Shown: positions 55,963 through 64,000 of the stretch, one piece after another | Layout: every line of letters starts with the position of its first letter | Position numbering within the stretch: position 1 is the first letter of the stretch | Source of the DNA: Eledone cirrhosa | Taxonomy: Eukaryota | DNA length: 64,000 nucleotides | NCBI GenBank assembly: GCA_964016885.1 | Contig: OZ024742.1 | Location: forward strand, 187,116,001-187,180,000 | Reading direction: 5' to 3' | Made by a program: the position numbers and the translations under genes | Notes under the pieces: generated by a model | Told to the model about the DNA's origin: nothing | Databases searched by the model: none | Seen by the model: only the letters and a program-made list of their open reading frames with translations

Positions 55963-58107
55963 ATGGCTACAAAAAAGAATTTTCACAAGTCACTCCCACT
56001 CTTTCCGTCTTCTTCTTCCTCAATCGTCATTACATCAGAGAGAAGATTGTCTCTCTCCCTCCCTTCTCTAAATGTGGTGTCGCCTCTTTCGCAAGCGACG
56101 CCATTAAAGAAAAAGAAAAATATAGTTTCTGGTAGCTTTCACCAAGAGAACGTGCATACCGTAGAACATTTCTCCACGACGACAACAACAGCGAAAAATG
56201 TGTGCGGTAAATACGGAAAGCCATTTCATTCGTCTGACGTCATGAAGAATAGCAGCAGCAGCAGCAACAGTAACAAGGAAAACACTAGTAGCAGCCTCAA
56301 CAACATCAGCAGCATAAACAACAACAGCGGCAGCAGCAGTAGCAGCAGCAGCATAAACAGCAACAGCAGCAGCAGCAACAGCAGCAACAACAGCAGCAGC
56401 AGCAACAACAACAACAACAACAATCACAGCAACATCGGTGGCGGCGGTTGTAGTACCAGCAGCAACAACAAAAGTAACAGCAGCTCTGACGACAACAACA
56501 ACAACAAGAAAGAAAAACCAAACTCGTTTGCAGGTATCGCAAAGAACCTGGAAACCATCCTTATAACAAATGAGGAATTACAGGAAGCAAAGAAAATGGT
56601 GACGAAAACCGGACACCGAGCAATCTGCAAGGCAGCCGAAACATTTTTCGAAACCCAACAGCACCGTACAGTAAGCACAAAATCACGTAGGGTTGAAAGT
56701 GCCACAGAGGCTCAAATACAAAAAGGTCTGTGTGGCAGCGGAAAACGCATATCACCCGAGGCAAGAAATATGCCACCGGAGACGTGCTTTTTGCCACACC
56801 CCAGGAGGCAAAGGCTCAAACCTTAGTGACACTAAGGAGCGAGGAAATGGTGTTGGTGCCCTCCTACCGCGGGAAAAAAATTGTGAGGGTCAAACTGACC
56901 CACGTCCACCAGGGATGGCCCCTTCTTCGCTGGCCGCGTCTGTCCTCGTCGGAATCGAGGACAAAACAAATGTACTGCAAGTACAGAAAAAAGTACGAGA
57001 AGATTGGGTCGGCACCTCCATTGAGATGTTAATTAAAACCAACCAGGAGTGCATCGAAACTATCCCAGATGTGATAGACTTCGATAACGGCACTCAACTG
57101 CCCATAAGTGTTGAGGGCAAACGCCCGAAATGATTTCGCTGTGGGTCGAATACTCACCTCAGGGCCTTCTGCAATGAGAAGACCCTGAGAAAGGAGAAAC
57201 CCCCCCTCCTTCCGAAACCGGCTCCACTGCTACCAGCAACAGGACAGGCGGCAAGCAGGAAGGATAGGTCCGTGGCACCCATACCCACGCCACGGAAATC
57301 AAGAACAGCAGCAGCAGTGGATGTATTAGCAACAACAACAGTAATACCAACTGCAGCTGCAACAGAGACTCCACTGCAACCATCACAACAAGAACAAGTG
57401 AAAGAGTGGAGCTGGTACCCCTCGCCGACCTCACAGAATCGGACATGGAGTGTGAGGTGGGAGAGAGATGGCAAAAGGTCGCAAGAAGGCACAAACGCAG
57501 AAGCAGCGCATCGTCGCCTTCGAAAAGGGAGGGAAGAAATGAAAAAAACGGTAAAGGCTACTGTAAAGAGACTTACAGCAGCAACACCACAAACATCATC
57601 ACCACCCACACTAGTACCACCATCACCACCGGCGGCAACCCCACTGCCAACAACAACAACACCTTCAACACCACAACCACAGGCACCAACATCGCAAACA
57701 CAACAAAACACACTCAGAAACAACGACAAGAAAATAGCAGAACCACACCCTACCCACAGAAAAAGAAATGCACAGCAATAAATACACACAAGAAACTAAT
57801 GACTTCCATAATTGAACACACAGATATTTCACAGCACGACTACATAATACCAGCACCAATCAAAACGCCAACGAACATAAGACTGGTAAGAATAGCACAG
57901 AAACAATACACGAACATTAAAATGAAATTCCCCAACGCAGTTGGTGATTTGAGAGACCTAGGATGGACACTCAACCGGAGATTATATTCGGATATACTCA
58001 CAGAAGATCCGACGACCAGCCAAAGGGACGATTCAACGGTCCCTTCCCCAGACGATCAAGTGAAAAGGGATGTAGAAACCATCCTTCCTCTACGAGAAGT
58101 AAGGTAA
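55963..58107 (+). pseudogene. ORF1 (gag-like) remnants
   Basis: S/N-rich low-complexity N-terminus, SFAGIAK, and LPISVEGKRPK*FRCGSNTHLRAFC (CCHC knuckle with the first Cys mutated to a stop). Several frameshifts. Confidence 0.7.
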
Positions 58108-58141
58108 GTGGTCTTTCCCATCTTTTCCACTCCATTTCAAC

Positions 58142-60597
58142 ATGACCTCATTCACAAGAGGCAGCATAAATGCGCGTGGCTTGGGGTTGTCATGGAATCA
58201 AGGCCACCTGCTCAACGACCTCAGGTCACTAAACATAGATGTAGTGGCCATCAGCGAGACCAGAATCTCCGAAGAACGGGCCTTCGCACCGACCTTCGGC
58301 GGCGACGATGTGTACGCATCTCCCAGCCGTCCCGGATCAGGGTGAGGAGTTGCTGTGCTTTTTCGGAGAGGTTTGGATCTCGCCATACGGGCCATCTTCC
58401 TGGACCCAGAAGGTAAGTTGGTGGTGCTCGATGTGACCAGGCTAGTGGCCGTCTATGCCCCGACAGGAGCAAAGCGGCCTGATTTCTTCCGGCGTCTGGA
58501 GACCTTTCTTGGAATGTTCCGCTCTTTAGGGTTAGTGGGCGACTGGAACGGGATCTTAGATGTACGCTGGGACTGTGTGGGATTAGCGGATAGGGGAGGA
58601 GGGTGCAAGAGCCTCACCAACCTGCTCAGGCGTTTTGAACTGTCTGACAGGTACCGATTGGATTTCCCGAATGTGCCAATGTGGACTGGGACAAATCGTA
58701 TCGGGTCATCCAGATCATATCTAGATAGAGTATTTTGTAGGGAAATAGATAGGTCTAGCATAGGCTGTCCACAATTCAAGATAGTCAGCTACACGGACCA
58801 CAAATTCGTGCTTGACTTAGATAGGCTTCATAGACGAGGGCCCGGCTACTGACCAATTCTTCAATGCAAAGCACGAAGGCTGCGTTGTCAGATCTAGCGT
58901 GCGTGCTCTCAGACACGAGGGGACGAAAGCCGTTCAATGGGCCCGGGTGGCGGAGGCGCATCGTGGCAGTAAAGCCACGATCCGGTCTTTGGTGGACCAC
59001 GACGGGCGCATGCTACTCGATCCCGGGAAAATGTGAGAAGCTTTTCAGCGACACTTCGCTCAGCTGTTCGGGGGCAGCGGCGGTCCGGATAGAAGGATGG
59101 ACTTTAGTGTCTACCTCGACGGACTGCCGCGGCTCTCAGCCACTGAGGCGGAGTGTTGCGAAAAGCCGATAACAGCCGCTGAAGTACGGGAGGCTATGAC
59201 TGGCTGCACAAGGAGTAAATAGCCTGGTTTGGATCGTCTTCCCTATGAACTTTACATACAGATGCCAGACTTGTTCGGAGGGCTCTTGGCGGACGTCTAC
59301 TGCAACTGGCAACAGAACGAGATAATTCCCAGCTCTGAGAGCCGAGGAGCTGTGGTGCTGCTGAGAAAGGATCCAAACAAGGGGGATAACATAGATAATT
59401 TCAGGCCCATAACTCTGCTAAACACAGAGTTCAAGATTTTGGCCAAGGTGCTAGCAAATATGTTGGCGCTTGTCGTTGGTGGTCTGGTGGGAGAGGGCAG
59501 ACATGCGCCATTCCCGACAGATCCATCCACGACAACCTCTATATCATGCGATACATCGTGGAGAGTGTAGCTAAGGAACCTGGCACGAGTAGGTCCTTGA
59601 TCAATTTAGATCAGTCGAAAGCTTTTGATAGGGTCGACCATCGTTACCTAGCGACAGTCCTGAGGGCGGCTGGCTTTGGGCCCGTCTTCAGAGGCTGGAT
59701 CGCTGCCATGCACAGCGACATCTGCTCTGTGGTGAGAGTGAACGGTAACCTTTCAGAACGGTTCAACCTCATGCGCTCGGTCCACCAAGAATGTCCCCTC
59801 TCGTCCCTCTTGTACGTATTAACTTTCGAGCCATTACTGAACAAACTGGAGACGTTGAGGGGGATCCGGCGCGAACTTGACGGAGCTGCAGTCCTGGGTC
59901 AAGCGAAGACCGAGAGGGAGCGCTTGGAGACTGGAATGTCTTCAGGCGCTCACAGCCCTCGACTAATCTGGCAACGTGATCGGTGGAAACTCCACCTTGG
60001 CGTTCTATAGAGGATTAGTGGAGGGGAAGAGCGACGACGTACCTGGGGAAGCTCTAGACGTTGACGAAAATCAACTAGCCAAACTCTTCGGAAGAACTTT
60101 CGGGCCGGGGTCTATGGACAACGTCCAGAAATCCCTGGCCTGGCAGTGCTACCGAGGAGCATGGAGGTGCCGTCAGCCGGGCATGTCCGAGATGCGCGCA
60201 GGGCGACGAAACCGTCTTGCATGCACTCGTCCAGTGTCCGAGCATTGCTGACTTGTGGGTTTATGTCGAACACCTGCTGTCGCGTGTAGGACGGATCCGG
60301 TTATCAGCTGAGTCCATCGTGAGGATTGCCCCGCCCTCTTCCTTTAGCTGCGAAGGGCAGGCAGTTTTTATCTGTCTGGTGGCCATGGCGAAAGAGATAG
60401 TATAGTGGACACGTTTGAAAGGGCTGAAGACGAGCACTTACCTCTTCGGTGATGCCCTGATTGACTTTTTCAAATTTCATTTGAAAAGGAAAATCAGGGT
60501 AGAGAGGGAAGTGCTCTCTTCCCAGCATTTTGTTGAAAGATGGGTGAGAGAGGCAAGAATGGCCCGAGTGAATGGGCCTACTCTGAGTATGTGTTAA
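58142..60597 (+). pseudogene. ORF2 remnants: APE endonuclease, partial RT, C-terminal CCHC
   Basis: SINARGL, DVVAISET, VYAP, GDWN, SYLDRVF, TDH; FRPITLLNTEFKILAK, LDQSKAFDRVDH, QECPLS. The catalytic YADD region is deleted near 59880. CPRC....ETVLHALVQC. Confidence 0.88.
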
Positions 60598-60845
60598 ATT
60601 AAAGGTGGAAAACTGGGAGAGGGCATTTGCCCTGGTGGTCAGGGTCACTGTGGCTTTTTAATGGGCTTTCTCCACGAATGTCCCTCGGAAGTCTCCCCCG
60701 TGTTGGGGAATTTTTCATTGTTATTTTTTTGTTACATCCTCTGTTTTATTTTTCTACACGCAGAAATGCCCTGTATTGTCTTGTACTGTCCTTAATGTCT
60801 ACTTTATGTAAACCCTTGTGGTTAATAAAGAAAGTATTATTATTA

Positions 60846-61025
60846 TGGATTGGCGGTATCGGTAGAAGGTCTGACACCATGAGTTCAAATCCTGCCGAGG
60901 TTAACTTTGCCTGTCATCCTTACGCGTTCGATAAAATAAAGTACCAGTAACGCACTGGGGTCGATTTAATCGACTTTCCCTCCCCCAAAATTGCTGGCCT
61001 TGTGCCTATATAAGAAACTATTATA
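60846..61025 (+). mobile_element. SINE S1 copy directly after the Tx1 tail
   Basis: GAGTTCAAATCCTGCCGAGGTTAACTTTGCC; 3' part matches 154-373. Confidence 0.85.
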
Positions 61026-61034
61026 TATATATAT

Positions 61035-61350
61035 ATATTTCGTTTCTGAATTTGTTTAGCAAGATTCTTTATCTAAAAACGTATGTTGAAACCGATATTA
61101 TTATACTTTGGGAGGGTCATATTGCCAGTAAGAAACACACGCGCCAGACGCTTTCACTTCAATTTATTATAATTTAAATTTATAAATTTAGGAATTTATA
61201 AATTTCCGGTTGTCTGGTTGGTTCCACAACCAGACGATTGTTCATATATTGTCAAAGTTCTTTCGTCACACATTCTGTGACCTCTTCAGTGACTGGGGAT
61301 GCTTTTCTTTGTTTTTCTGCCTCTCCTTTGTTCTGTCCTACGCCATCTTG
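61035..61350 (-). mobile_element. PLE pLTR family P2 fragment with intact hammerhead core
   Basis: Matches 9386-9700. Minus strand GTCA-CTGAAGA-GGTCACAGAATGTGTGAC-GAAA-GAACTT-TGAC at 61251-61293. Confidence 0.75.
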
Positions 61351-61358
61351 TTATATAC

Positions 61359-61432
<74 letters not shown>

Positions 61433-61574
61433 TTCTGTGCGTGTGTAGGCGTATAGAGTGCCCAACTGCCAAGCTTAAACCGTTCGGCGCCAAAATGGGT
61501 AATTAATCGGAATGTTAACTTTAACCTATTCTAGCTTTTTGATTTGCATATATTCCGTAATATAGGTGTCCGAC

Positions 61575-61933
61575 ATTTATTCCGGCTCTTTACATCCTGA
61601 GTTCAAAGGTCTAGTTTGCCTTTCATTCTTTCATTTTATTCCATAAAGTAAAACACCAGTAATGCGCTGGGGTCGATAAATCGAATCCCCCCCTCCAAAT
61701 GTTGGCCATGTGCCTAAATCAGAAACCATTATTGTATTTACCATGGTGGATTGGCAGTATCATTAGAGGGTCGGATGCCATATTTTGCAGCGTAGAGTTA
61801 TGTCCCTTTACAGTCTGAGTTCAAATCCAGCCGAGGTTAACTTTGTATTTCATCCTTACGGTGTCGATGAAATAAAGTACCAGTAATACACTGGCTTAAT
61901 TGTTGGCCTTGTGCCAAAAGTAGAAACAATTAT
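61575..61933 (+). mobile_element. two adjacent SINE S1 copies (~61575-61732 and 61745-61933)
   Basis: Both have the B-box and body. The second is flanked by the repeat ATTATT(G/T)TATTTACCAT. Confidence 0.8.
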
Positions 61934-62291
61934 TTTATTTACCATTGACTTACTCTTTTTTCTCTCCGTCTATTTCTCCCTTTCTCTCTCTTTCTCCCTT
62001 TCTTTCTCTACCCTCGCTTCTCTTTTCCCAACCTTCTTTATTCCCCCTCCCTCCCGCTCTCTGCATTTCTTCTATTGCTCTCTCTCCCTCCTCCCCCCCC
62101 TCTCTCTCTCTCTCCCACTAAACAGCATTTCCCCATTTAAACGAAATATAAAGGCAATTTGTTCAAATTAGATTTTCTCAAAATATATGTAAGCCTACTG
62201 AAAAAAAAAATCACTAAACTCCAATTATCCTCTGTCACCTCTCCTCTCGTTTCCGCAACTAAAATTATCTCTCTTTCTCCTCCCCCTCTCA

Positions 62292-62390
<99 letters not shown>

Positions 62391-62505
62391 CATATATCTA
62401 CTTCTCCTTTCCTCCTTCTTTATCTATCTCAATATCTTTCTATCTATGTCAGTAACTCTTTCTCCTTCCCCCCTCTTTCTGTCTCTCTCAGCAAACATAC
62501 TCACG

Positions 62506-62603
<98 letters not shown>

Positions 62604-62737
62604 TATGTATATTAGTATATATATATATATATAAAAATATGAGAAGAATTGAGTGGTGCGTGGCTGCACATAGGTTATATATGAAAAAAATTAGTCCTTC
62701 ATCAGTGATTTTCCAACTATCATTGGTATTTCATATA

Positions 62738-62803
<66 letters not shown>

Positions 62804-62863
62804 TATATAAATATATATATATAAATATATATATATAAATATATATATATATAAATATATATA

Positions 62864-63803
<940 letters not shown>

Positions 63804-63805
<2 letters not shown>

Positions 63806-63865
63806 GTGGTGCCCCAGCATGGCCTCAGTCGGATGGCTGAAACAGGTAAAAGAGTAAAAGAGAAT
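63804..63865 (+). mobile_element. SINE 3'-tail fragment
   Basis: GGTGCCCCAGCATGGCC..GCTGAAACAGGTAAAAGAGTAAAAGAG resembles an abundant octopus SINE tail (from memory). Confidence 0.45.
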
Positions 63866-63955
63866 ATCAATCTCTTTCTACCTATTTATCTTTGTCAGCC
63901 AGTCAGTGAGTATCGTTTTCTCTCTCTCTTCCTCCACACACACATGCATACACTC

Positions 63956-64000
<45 letters not shown>

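Larger units (their letters stand above)
55748..60835 (+). mobile_element. decayed near-full-length L1/Tx1-type non-LTR retrotransposon
   Basis: Two-ORF layout. Ends in AATAAA then TATTATTATTAT. Abuts the (TTA)n tract at its 5' end. Confidence 0.85.

Noticed and set aside
55924-56826. 300-aa Ser/Asn-rich ORF as a host gene
   Set aside because: It is the low-complexity start of the retrotransposon ORF1, contiguous with knuckle, APE and RT remnants.
57130-57132. TGA at the first Cys of the Tx1 ORF1 zinc knuckle as possible recoding
   Set aside because: The element is heavily decayed; a point mutation is sufficient.

Overview
This is AT-rich, microsatellite-saturated animal nuclear DNA. The SINE/LINE repertoire suggests an invertebrate, most likely an octopod cephalopod (inference). 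I found no host gene exon I can support; the window is almost entirely retroelements. (1) Two head-to-tail arrays of restriction-like-endonuclease (RLE) non-LTR retrotransposons of the R4/Dong type sit in (TAA)n tracts at 17.8-27.6 kb and 46.3-55.7 kb. They include three copies with intact 1130-1133 aa ORFs and a second, divergent family in the same array. (2) A (TATG)n/(CATA)n tract at 14.4-16.2 kb holds 3' ends of two further RLE families plus RTE elements; the 3' UTR of one RTE is split by the first R4 array. (3) There is a decayed L1/Tx1-type element. (4) There are Penelope-like elements (PLEs), including a decayed Naiad-type copy, and many pseudo-LTR (pLTR) fragments with minimal hammerhead ribozyme motifs, several converted to fold-back palindromes. 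(5) About 11 copies of one tRNA-derived SINE all lie on the + strand. (6) A near-identical ~4.4 kb tandem duplication has a 330-bp piece from downstream at its junction. Repeat boundaries were read by eye and may be off by a few to tens of bases.
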